Notes under the pieces: generated by a model
What the model saw: the letters and a program-made list of their open reading frames with translations, nothing else
What the model was told of the DNA's origin: nothing
Database searches by the model: none
Source of the DNA: Epiperipatus broadwayi
Lineage: Eukaryota > Animalia > Onychophora
Length of the DNA: 64,000 nucleotides
Reading direction: 5' to 3'
Assembly: GCA_028023455.1 (NCBI GenBank)
Contig: JAQFVV010000006.1
Coordinates: 14,136,001 to 14,200,000, forward strand
Part shown: positions 52,561 to 64,000 of the stretch, piece by piece
How positions within the stretch are numbered: position 1 is the first letter of the stretch
How the letters are laid out: each line of letters starts with the position of its first letter
Made by a program: the position numbers and the translations under genes

Positions 52561-52967
52561 ATTTCTTTGATATGAAGAGTGAATTCATGCATTTTATTTG
52601 ACATCATTCTTTTCTATTTTATCCATCCTCTCTTTCCCTCAGAAATTTAGATTTTGTTCAATGAACTTAACTTTCTTATTATACATTCAAAGTAATTCTA
52701 CTTTATTTAATCGTTTAAGTGAAAGTTAAATATTGATCTTATTAAGAACTCGTTTGTCATTCTTTCTACTATATTTTAAATTTCTTCACTATAATAATAA
52801 TCAGAGGTATGATATTCTTAAAACTGTTCACCAAAATCACAGTCTAAATATGCCATATTTTTCCTAACCTCTTTATCATCGTTCAGTTTTCAAATCTGCA
52901 AAAAATCAAAATCAAAACAAAACATGCAACTATTAATATTAAATGCTAATATAGAAACATTTTTATG

Positions 52968-53051
52968 TGTCAAGGTGTCGGCCGGGAAGCGAACCCCAGA
53001 ACAACTGCTTTTAAGGCAGCTGCGCTAACTACTCAGCCACCAATGCTTGAC
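52968..53051 (-). mobile_element. tRNA-Gly-derived element, anticodon TAA, with perfect 16-bp TSD
   Basis: TAGAAACATTTTTATG at 52952-52967 and 53052-53067 brackets an 84-bp tRNA-like insert. Confidence 0.9.
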
Positions 53052-53099
53052 TAGAAACATTTTTATGGTTTCTAAGTAAGGTAATTAGTTAATAATTTT

Positions 53100-53770
53100 T
53101 ATTAGTCATTCATTAGACTAGATTATTTATTTAATGAATAATATTTCTGTAGTGTAATTTGCACTACACCACTCTTATGCAAGGTAGGGAATGGTTTCTA
53201 TCCACTTTTGACACCTTTTGGAAGGATATAATCATAATCATATGACTAAAGATATGTAAAAAAGATCAATGACCCCCAAGATGCACATTTCATATAAAAC
53301 CACCACTCATCTGTTGGTCCAGATCACAATCTCTTAATCATTGTACAGTACATGTAGATAACCAATCACTATGGTTTAATTGTCAAGACTCAAACTTACT
53401 GTCCTCACAACTTTGGCACAAACCAATTGATGGAAGCATATCAATACTTTTTTATTAATCATTCATTAGCTGGAGATTATCCACTTAACAAAGGGATTTC
53501 TGTAGTGTAATTTTCACTACACCACTCTCACAAAAGGTAGGAACTGTTTTCTATCCACTTTTAACATCTTGTGGAGATAGGTGTAAGAGATTGTCATTTG
53601 GGCTAACTGATGAATGCTAGTTCCACATGAAATGTGCATCGTGGGAATGATACATCTTTTTCATATGTTTATCATTATATCCCTCCACAAGGTGTTAAAA
53701 GTGTATAGAAACCAATGCCTACCTTGCATGTAGTATAGTGAAAACTATACCACATAAATATTATTCCTTA
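53100..53770. mobile_element. PLE-type terminal-repeat composite (family A/B') with inverted hammerhead copies; the plus copy at 53607 has an intact core
   Basis: Matches 8-485. CUGAUGA AUG...CAU GAAA UGUGCA UC at 53607-53640; decayed minus copy near 53275-53330. Confidence 0.7.
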
Positions 53771-54729
53771 AGATAATTAGTTGATTTGATTAAATACAGC
53801 AGTTTTCTTCAACCTACTCTAGAGCCATTTATAGTAAGCCTGAATAATTATTAAAGACCAAATAGTATGGCATTATACCAACAACTCCAAACTGGTTTTG
53901 ACCTTTAATCTCCACCAATGAGGGGCAGAGTTCAAAGCTGAAGCTTATGAATTTAGCTGCTACCTTTTATCCTTTTTATCATTCAAGATAATAGCCTGAA
54001 ATTAAAAAAAACCTAAGGTTTTGAACCCAATCCATTTAATATACATAATTATATAGATCTTATACCAGATCAGTTTGCATATAGTTTAGAGATCTCATTT
54101 TTTATCTCATCAATAAATGAACTTATCCTTTGTCTAGGAAATCATATGATGTTGGATTGAATATATTTACTTGATACATAAGGTTAATATACCCATGTAT
54201 TTGACAGCAATAACACAAATCGAGAAAATAAGATCAATCAATTATATATGTTAACATATAACTACTGAAATAATAGTCGTATAAGGATCATTAGCATGAA
54301 GTCTTATAATCATCATCATCATTCATAAATTCTAGAATTTTCTTCAGATAGCTTTTTGTCTTTAAAAAATGGATACTTTGGCATTTCTTAAATTCTGATT
54401 TTTGGCAGAATTTATACTTTACATCCATTTCACAATAGAAAGAAATCTTCTGGATGCCCACAGAATGTTACCCAGCTAACCAAAAATCTTTGAACCAATT
54501 GCACGTTGATTGGCTTATTAAAAAATGCAGACATAAAATAAAATTTTTGTAAGCAGATCAACAAACGGCTTCAATCAACCAGAGATCTAATCATTGAAGT
54601 GTATCTTGTAATTACTTTATGAAGTATTATAACAATATCTTTCTTATTGCACTGCCAAATCCATATAATATTAATATCATCTATGTTCTTTATTACTTTT
54701 TACAATGCTTTTTTTTTACAACCCACTAT

Positions 54730-54825
54730 TGATAGTTTGGATAACTCAGCAGTCTTCTTCAGAACTTCTACTTATATTTCCAATTTCTGAAGATGATCGC
54801 TGGGGCAATCGAAATTGTCAATAGT
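54730..54825. ncRNA. Inverted pair of family G-like hammerheads (plus copy with intact core)
   Basis: Plus (54787): CUGAAGA U GAUCGC-UGGG-GCAAUC GAAA UUG UC. A decayed inverted copy lies at 54730-54765, within a fold-back spanning roughly 54660-54890. Confidence 0.62.
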
Positions 54826-55407
54826 GGGTTGTAAAAAAGCATTGTAAAAAATAATAAAAAATGTAGATAATATTAATATTATATTATATCTTGTAATTAT
54901 AAACATAATTTTTAATCTTTTACCAAATGTTTGGAATGTAAAAAAAAGCCATTCAAATATAGTAGTACTCTATTTGTGGAAATGATCTGTTCTTAACATT
55001 TTGCATAAATGAATTTTGCATAAGCCAGATTTTCCTCTCTGGTGCATTTTTATAATAGATTATGAAAACATTTTTTTTAACAAATGAAAATAAGCACTAT
55101 GCCATAAGAAATGATCTCACAACACACAGGAAATGATTGCTGAGATGTGCGTCCGTTTTGCAAATGCTTTGCACTTTATCTACATCAGAAATTTACTTAC
55201 CTGTACAGACAAAAAAATTAAAGAAATAAATGTCAGTATTTTGAATTTAAGATTTAAATTACACTTGATCAAGTCTTTTCTTATTATTGATAAAAACTGT
55301 GTGAAGCTGGGAGATCCTTGGAATCAAAAGTTTTGCTTTCTAATAAAAATACACACATATATATGTAAATCTATTATTGTAAAGTACTGAAAAGCTTCAA
55401 ATTGTTA

Positions 55408-55924
55408 GATCGGAAGTCGAACTCCGATAATGCGCTATTACTTTAAATATTATAAATTTCCGTGCACTCACACATCAGTGAGAGTTTTAAAAAAAAGTGA
55501 ATCACTTAAGTTTAGGATGCATTTCTATAAATACACCAACTTTCAATGACCATGCTAAATGAGGGCTTGAGTCTATTGTGTGCCTGATTTTATAATCAAA
55601 TTTCAAGATTTTCGGCGCTTTATAATAACAGATTTACATTTATTTAGTTGTATTTGTCAGATCGTGGGTGGTTAAAAATGAGACACTGTCTTTCTCCTGT
55701 GATAGGTTAAATAAATCTGTACAATTCAAAATTTGATTATAACATCAGGCATACAATATACACAGGCCCTGACTTAGCATGATTAGTAAAAGTTGATGTA
55801 TTTATAGAAATGCACTCTAAACTTAAGTGATTCACTTAAGTTTTTTAAACTCTTATTGATGTGTGAGTGCATGGAGATTTATAATATGAAGTAGTAGTGC
55901 ATTATCGGAGTTTAACTTCCGATC
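55408..55924. mobile_element. MITE with long imperfect TIRs and TA flanks
   Basis: GATCGGAAGT...TCCGATAATGC is mirrored at the far end, complementarity extends about 230 bp inward, and TA lies on both sides. Confidence 0.85.
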
Positions 55925-56733
55925 TAATAATTATGCATATATATGTAATTCAAATTAGCATATGTTTGTTCATTTGCATAATGAAGTGGTTTCTTTCTTC
56001 TTTATAACCTAATGCTAAGTACACCTTCGGTAAAGTTTACCATAATCATAAGTCTTAAATATTGTTGATGTTTTTATACTCTAATTATACATGCACTTTT
56101 ATTTAAATTAGCCTATTTGAATTGTTTCATTTATTAGATAATTGTACAGTTTTCTCTTTTGTTTACTATGTTTCCATGGTTTGCAACAAACCATACTTCC
56201 TTGATCTTTTTTTTTTTTCTGTCATCGCACTCCATACACACTAGATGGACTATTTGTGGGTCAAATGAATCAGCTACAAAAATTAATTTAAGAGCTACAA
56301 TTATGGTGAACTTCACTGAAAATGCACTCAGCTTTCATTTATAAAGAAGAAAACAACATTTGCAAGTTTGAATTCTAAATACAAATGAAGGGGAAAATTA
56401 TTCTTATATATGTAATTAAGTCTAGACTCTTAGGCTGTGAATAAATAGTACTCTTTTAATAAAGATCAAGAATAAAATCTATCTATCCATTTTTTAAGCT
56501 TTAAATGTTTATGGACTTACTCTTGCCAACATTGAAAGATATCCCAGAATTCCAAGGGTAAGCTTTTAAACAACAAAAGCTTAAAGAATAAATGGATCAA
56601 TTCTCTTATAGATTATTTGCTAACAAAGTGTTATTCAGGAGTGGTTTACTTCACTTAATTACATAGACTTAAAGCTATGCTAATTTCATGTATATAATTA
56701 TATGTTTTAGCTGGAGCAACAAAATCAAGTGTT

Positions 56734-57605
56734 GATGTGATGTAATGCGATGTACAGTGGCTTCTCCTTAAACGAAGTCAAGAATCTCTCAACAATTATG
56801 TCCAGAGAAACCTATTAGCCACTTTATTTTCCATTCCCCAGTCTAAGTTTTGCCATATTCTGCTCCATCCATTTCCACAACATAATCTTTGTCAATTCTA
56901 TGACCTTTATATCTAAATCTTCCTTATCTTTCCCAAACCCAGCATAAAAATAAATAATCCACTTTCTGTATAGTCACTTTTTTCATATTTATTCTTCCAT
57001 AACTTCATTATTTGTACCCTTTCTGTTTTCAAGCATTTACAATCAATGAACAGATGCCTAATATTTTCTATTCCTTCCTTACATAATTTACAGACTAAAT
57101 CACCCACATTTCCCATTTACATGTATATTCTCTTGTTGCTAAGGATCCTGTTTGAGCCTTAAACAATAAACTACTTTCCTTACTATTATCATATATTAAC
57201 TCGCACCTAATATTCTGTTTATTTCTATATATATTTAAACTCTTTTTACTCTCCATACTAGTTCTCCATCTCTCTAACTCCCTATTCTTTATTAATAAAT
57301 CTATTCTTTTATCCCATTCCTTACCACTATAACTCAACAATTTTCCTAACACAATCATCCCATCTTTTGTACAAATATACTGATATAAATTCTTTATCCA
57401 AATCTTTTGCATACCGCATTACCTTTCTCACCCATCTTGTTGCCTGCCCTTTACTTGTAACCCAATTAAATACTATTTTGGCTATTCTTTTATTATCCAT
57501 AAACTATAATCTACCGAACATTTTCATTTTACTTTTTGCATCTCTGATATAAATACTTGACTATCCCATTTCTCCTTGAATTGCCTCCTTTGCTGGCCAT
57601 ATATA
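56734..57605 (-). mobile_element. 5'-truncated LINE (family H, RTEX/CR1-like) with C-terminal CCHC and CATCA-type tail
   Basis: AIQGEMG, LLFKAQTGSL, CKLCKEGIENIRHLFIDC; ends in a CATCA-like tail. Confidence 0.85.
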
Positions 57606-57816
57606 CAAATAATTGAGCTGCTCTCTAGTGACCATAAATTCAATTAAATGTTTTACAGAAATAAAATGTCTGCTTTTTTCTTCCAAGATATTGTTGATTT
57701 GAATCATAACAACCAGAAGAGTGAATGTTAAAGTTTGTGGCAATGTAATTATTATTAAGATATGTGTGTGTGTGTGTATTGAATACGTAATTGTTTAAAA
57801 AAGTTTATACTTTTAG

Positions 57817-57909
57817 ATTCCTATGATGCATGTGTTATGTCCGGTGTTTTTCGACCTGGTCATTTACCAGTGGAAGCAATTTATGAAATCATTAGAATCA
57901 CAAAATCAG
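57817..57909 (+). CDS. METTL27-like: Coding exon 4 ((N)SYDACVMSGVFRPGHLPVEAIYEIIRITKS(G))
   Basis: cttttag acceptor, GTAAAT donor at 57910, phase 1/1. YDA...G...GH.P.......R.TK.G matches the motif II/III region of the family. Confidence 0.88.
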
Positions 57910-58614
57910 GTAAATAAGAATATATATATATTAGAAATATACTAATTATGATTTAGTTTTTAACGTTTTCTAAACTTTTATAATTAAATACATTTGCATC
58001 TAGAAAATCAGATGCAAAAGGTAACCCTAAAACAAAATAAAACATAGACTCCGTACCCATAGTAGTATGCCCCTTTACCACTGGAGGTGAGCATTGTCTT
58101 TATCTTTACTGGTTTTCTTACAGATATGGAGAAATCTTTCTCTGCAGTTGACTATTTAAAGCTGTTTTATTTTTTAATATTGAGATATAACACCTACATA
58201 TATATTAATCCATAAATACTAACAACTAATTGGTCATCATATGTAATTCACACCACCTTAGCCAATATTTAAATAAACCAATAGAATAGAAGCAATCTGT
58301 TGTCAAGGCAACAGTCCACTTATTTATTATCTGCTGTTGCCTTGACAACAATTTGCTGATAAACTCTGAATAGATCTTAGAAAGGCTTGATAATAAATCA
58401 CATAATACATATAATCAAGTGATCATGTGATGTTTGAGCATGAGAAATGATAGGTTGAACTGTAATTCAGGAATCTTTAACTCTCAAGTCTACCATTAGA
58501 CCATTGTATCAAACTGCATCAGGATTAATCGTTTAATGCATTGATAGAATAGCAGATTTGTAGCTAAATATTCCAGGACCGACTCTCAATGGTTGAACAT
58601 AAAATAATTGTTCA

Positions 58615-58880
58615 CTCAGTTGAATAGAACTTAATCTGAAATTGAGTGCTTGAATATCACTTAACCTCCCAAGCAACTGAATATATTATTTAATAATTGC
58701 ATTGTTAAAATTTTAGTTGCAAAGTCATGGTCCAATCTATTGTTCAGTTAGTTGAATAGAACTTGATCTGCAATAGAGTGCTTGAATATCACTTAACCTC
58801 CCAAGCAACTAAATATATGATTATTTAATAAATTACATTGTTAAAATTTTAATTGCAATATCATGCTCCAATCTATTATT
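58615..58880. repeat. Tandem duplication of about 135 bp
   Basis: agttgaatagaactt...ccaatctatt twice. Confidence 0.85.
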
Positions 58881-59506
58881 AATGATATGGTTAGGAAATC
58901 TGGATAATTCCTGACCCAGGCATAATCTATAAAATACCGATTCTGGAACATCTTAGTAAGCCAGGATTAGTTTGTCCATAACAATAAATATATCCATCCT
59001 AAGAATTAAAGACTATTCTCAGAATCATATGACTTAAATCTATATCAAAAACTCCCACTTACTTTGCCCACTTTAATATTCTTGAAGTTAAACAAAATTG
59101 ACATTTTCTAATTCACATAGGTAAATTAGAAAATGTCAATTTCATTTAACTTCATGTGAAATTTGAAATATATAAAGATATTTCATATTTAATTCAGAAG
59201 ATGGCTTGGGTATCATTATTACACGATTACATTTCCTTGTACATTAAATTTATACCAAATAAACTATCATAATTCACTCTGCTTACATTTAACATTTGTA
59301 TTAAGCGTACTAATTCATTCTCATTATTACACCCTGAAACCATTTAATATAGGTAGACATTCAAGCTAGTCGCCTAGGGTTAAAAACCTTAATATCTTTG
59401 AAATTTCAAATCATTAACTTGATATTATAAAAGTAGGAGTGACTGCCGGACATATAAACTGCAAAGTCATTGTTTTTACTGATGAAGACTAAAAATCAAA
59501 AGCTAG

Positions 59507-60415
59507 TGATGTGATGTGATATACTAAATCTTCTTAAATGAAGTCAAGAATCTCTCAGCAATTATACCAAGAAAAACTTGTTAGCTACTTAATTTTACAT
59601 TCCCCAGTCTAAGCTTTCCTATATTCTGCTCCATTCCATTTCCACAACATAATCTTTGTCAACTCTACAGCTTTTATATCTAAATCCCCCTTATCTTTTT
59701 CCAAACCCAACATAAAAACCAATAATCTACTTTCTGTATAATCACTTTTTTCATATTTATTTTTCTATAACTTCATTATATGTACCCTTTCTGTTTTCAA
59801 GCATTTACATTCAATTAACTGATGCCTAATATTTTCTATTTCTTCTTTACATAATTTACAGACTAAATCATCCATATTTTTCCATTTACATGTATATTCT
59901 CTTGTTGCAAAAGATCCTGTTTGAGCCTTAAACAATAAACTACTTTCCTTACTATTATCATATATTAACTCGCACCTAATATTTTGTTTATTTCTATATA
60001 TATTTAAACTCCTTTTACTCTCCATACTAGTTCTCCATCTCTCTAACTCCCTATTCTTTATTAATAAATCTATTCTTTTATCTCATTCCTTACCACTATA
60101 ACACTTAACAATCCTCCTAACACAATCATCCCATATTTTGTACAAATATACTGATATAAATTCTTTATCCAAATCTTCTGCATACCGTATTACCTTTCTC
60201 ACCCATCTTGTTGCCTGACCTTTACTCATAACCCAATTAAATACTATTTTGGCTATTCTTTTATTATCCATAAACTGCAATCTACCAAACATTTTCATTT
60301 TACTTTTTGCATCTCTCATATGAAAATTTGACCATCCCATTTCTCCTTGAATTGCATCCCTTGCTGTCCATACATCTGCATCCAATGCATATCTTCCTAC
60401 GTCTCTTTGAACTTA
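59507..60415 (-). mobile_element. 5'-truncated LINE family H
   Basis: Near-identical to 56734-57605; AIQGEMGWSNFHMRDAKSKMKMFGRL. Confidence 0.85.
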
Positions 60416-63400
60416 GAAAAAAGTAATTTAATACCCCATTACTAACATATAATGCACCATTACCATATGTTAACCCTACTACTGTAACTCCTTTGCCATC
60501 TAGTGTCCACTGATTTTAAATTTTTTTATAGATTACTTCGGAGTAAATAAGATGAATTACTGCTTCTATCATTTATATTAAATTTAAAGAATTAAGTACC
60601 TATTTAACAACCATTAGGGAAGGCTATCTAGGATGTTCATTGGCTATCTACTTGGAATTTAATTGAATGTTTTCAAATTATCTGAAAATGTTTTAGCTCA
60701 CTATAACCTAGAAACCCCCCACTCTCAAATTATAAAAAATGCGGGTTAATCCTCTAACCACTTTTGTTCAATGGAGATAATGTAATCCTATCAGATTCTG
60801 AATTCATTGAGTTTTTGACTGCAAAGGGTCAGGAAAAGAAATAAAGATTCACATAATTACCTCTTATTTATTTGCTTTTAAAATTAACAAGAGAGCCTTT
60901 AACCAATAAGACATTATCTGACTACAAAAATCACATGATCTTTGCTTAAATGTGTTGCCATCTATTAGCATTTTTTTTCAATCTCAGTAAGTTTATACTA
61001 TCTAGCATAAGCTTTATTAATCAATAGATGCCAGACAGATGATAAGAATTTATTAGGCACTATCAACTGCTATCTATTAATTACTAAACCTTACACTAGA
61101 TGGCATAAATGTAGCGAAAGTTAAAAGAAAATTGCAAGAGAACCTTACATAGTCTATCACAATAGTAGTGTCAGCTAGGTGAAATAAATAAGCTCAATCT
61201 GTCACTTGGGGCTAGACTCTCATATGACCTCCAAAGCAACTGACCAGTGTATTTTTAATTAACAAGAACAGATGTTTAAATTAAACATGTACTGCTTCAA
61301 TTTTTCTTCCAATAATTGTCACATAAATTTGTAGGTGTATGGTTGATACGTTTTTAAATCATGCATATGATATAGGGTTCAAATCTAGGTTAGGTAAAAA
61401 TTAAAAACAAAAACTGTTTTGTCAGACTTACGTATTTATATATGCCTAGCCCAATGATTGGTAAATGTATTTAGCTATTCTTTGCTAAAGGTTAAACAAA
61501 GATGGGGAATTGTTCAAACCTTTACCATCTGGTATTTGCAAGTATGATGATGAATACCTGCCCCATTACTGTTTTTTTATTGGGAAGTAGCACTTACACA
61601 AAAGATTTGTATGAAAATTCTGAAATTGTGGAAATCTTATTTTTTAACTAAGCGATGTGAAAAAAAAATTTTTTTTTACTTAAGTCAACAGACATCTAAT
61701 TAATAGCTCTATTTTGAGAACTTGACAAAAATACCACTTCAGAATTCCATTAGAATACGTTTGTTAAGTAAACCGATCACTAGTTCTAATAGAAAACTTG
61801 AATACACAAATAGAGACTCCCCCCTCCACCCCCATTTTGCTGAGAAAGTATTATAATTTACAAAAAAAAAAAAAAGAGAAGAAGAAATAGTACAAATGAC
61901 TATATACATAGTTTTTTTTTTTTTTTGCAAATCAAACAGAATTTGTAAAAAAATTTCTGTCTAAAAGGCATCTGTTGGTTGCTTTAAAATTAGTCGACAG
62001 ATGCCCGCTGCAGCTCTTAGATGAGACGAAGCACTCGTATTACAAACACGTCAATTGATCAACATCTGTTAATCTGTCTCGTAAAATAGAGCAAAGCAAA
62101 ATTCCTTTCTCTCTGTTTGCTGATCGGTACTATATACTGTCACTGAAGGGAACTAAATTCAATTAAGCTACTGGATGAATAGCAACGCAAGCACTTTTTT
62201 CTTTCTATTCTTTAATTTTTTACTTCTTCAAATTATTACAGAGCCCTCCATCTTCTTCTCTAATGTCTACCGACATTTATTAAAGTTGCTGTTTACAATT
62301 AATTACAGTACATTGTTAAAAAATTGTCGTACGCATTACAATCTTGTTAAACATTTTATATAACCAAATTGAAAGCCTACACACAAGAGATGTGCGCACG
62401 CATGCTCACAGAATTAGATTTGGTCCAATAGCTAATGTTTTCTATCTAAATTAAGTCTTACGTACCCGTAAGTATATATATAATATTCAATCATTTCATA
62501 TACAAATTAAACACGTGCATATAAATAATGTATTTATCAAAAGTAGATAATATCAAAGATGTCTAAGTTTGAGATTTGCAGAACAAAAAATTGTAGTAAT
62601 ATAAATACATTGAACTCATCCTAATTCAACAGAGATTTACCCTCAAATAATGGACTTGCCTTTATCAATAACGGATTTGCGTGACGTATAAGACTGACGA
62701 ATGAAATGATAAAGGGAAAGGACAATTGGAAAGTTATGTCAGTGAATCCATCATTTTCAGTAAAAACAGGAAGCTTGCTATTTGTATAGGTCCATCGGAG
62801 AGGGAAAACAGAACAACAAACAGACAATCGTCTAATATCAAATGGCAGGTTTAGGTTGTCCACAGTACTAAAAGTTACAGTGAGGTAAGCTCAAGTGTGG
62901 AATTGGAAATCGCCCTAGTTATAGTCATCACTATACCTGCACACGAGGCAAGCTACCCATAGGCTGGAAGTGTCAGGTCCCCAACAGGAAAGTCACTGCA
63001 CTCCTATCCAAACATTAACCATATTGCTAATAGTTTAACTTATGGTTTACCAATCATAATAGAAGTAAACCATTGTATGTAAACATTGTATATATATATA
63101 TATTTATATTATAAATACACACTAAAAATATTTTATATTTATAGAGTTGTCTGTTATTCTTAAATGACAAGGACTATTATTCTCAGTTATGCAATAATAT
63201 AAATGCAACAATAAATAAATATATCGGGATGTTTGGCTGCAGTAAGATTTTGGTTAAGGTTTACAAAAATATTCTTGTGTCTATGATTATGGAAAATGAA
63301 TAACAGTTAGACATGGAGATGTTTTGAATGGATTAAAGATATAGACCATAAAGTTATAAGTTCTTTGAAAGGTTTGCCTACATTTTATTTATAACAAGTT

Positions 63401-63869
63401 CTAATACATATATATATATATACATCAACTGTGCTGCTGAAAGTATTGGTTCAAATGTGCCTACTTTCATATTCGTTAGAAAACTTGTCTTGTTAATGTC
63501 AGAAAAACATGGTAGTTCTGCGTTACGTTGCTGTTTTACCATTATCATAATTGAAATTAATGTAGCGTTTTTTTTTAAAATAAAGTTTCTGTCAGCCTGC
63601 TTTTATTGATTCATTAATTTAAAAAGAAATATGAAAAGTCAGTATGTTAAGGACAGTCTGAGCAAACATGAATAGTTTGTAGTCTATTTTTCTCAAGGAA
63701 AAGACAAACTCCAAAGTCGTTTCTTCTTGTGAATCTAGTTTTCATGCAAAATTTTTGAAATATAAAAAAAAAAATGGATTTTTTTGCATATTTATTAAAT
63801 ATTTCTGATTATTTTTACAGACTAATTGATTGATAATTATTTAAAACAAAAAGATTACATATATAAACA

Positions 63870-64000
63870 TCACATTATCACCATTTCTTGTGCTTACTCA
63901 TAACTGTTATTAAAACAGGCAAAACTCTCCATACAGTAGTGCCACTCAGTGCAAGCGAGAGTAATCAATGGATTCCAGAAGGCTTATGCATAAAATCCCT
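63870..64000 (-). mobile_element. Family D 3' portion running off the window end
   Basis: Matches 7860-8000. Confidence 0.75.

Noticed and set aside
4039-53051. Calling the four tRNA-like copies bona fide tRNA genes
   Set aside because: They share non-tRNA flanks, have indels in the T or variable arms, one has a TSD, and the anticodons mismatch the Gly body.
186-54825. Selection against active hammerheads on the gene's sense strand
   Set aside because: Intact and mutated cores occur on both strands (roughly 5 of 12 intact on plus, 7 of 12 on minus by eye), which is too few to claim a bias.
57910-64000. Final exon(s) of the methyltransferase
   Set aside because: The candidate acceptors I tested (near 58125 and 60530) give short frames without family similarity; the exon is probably beyond the window.

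Overview
This is AT-rich, repeat-dense animal DNA, probably from an arthropod (arachnid-like; this is an inference). It is not prokaryotic, and there is no CRISPR array. One host gene is recognisable: four coding exons of a METTL27/WBSCR27-like SAM methyltransferase on the + strand (26085-57909), with 6.7-15.6 kb introns and its last exon(s) apparently beyond the window. Most of the rest is transposon-derived: (1) a very young, complete Mag-type Ty3/Gypsy element (41317-45888); (2) two probable solo LTRs; (3) RTE-type, RTEX/CR1-type and L2-type LINE fragments; (4) a hAT/Charlie transposase relic with a 45-bp minisatellite; (5) several MITE-like fold-backs. The most striking signal is RNA-level. 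About 20 minimal type I hammerhead-ribozyme motifs, in about six sequence families, sit in Penelope-like (PLE) terminal repeats that often form fold-backs. One PLE family places a tRNA-like cloverleaf between its GIY-YIG endonuclease and its hammerhead. Separately, an 84-bp tailless tRNA-Gly-derived retroposon occurs four times with altered anticodons. All calls were made by eye; no searches or folding programs were run.
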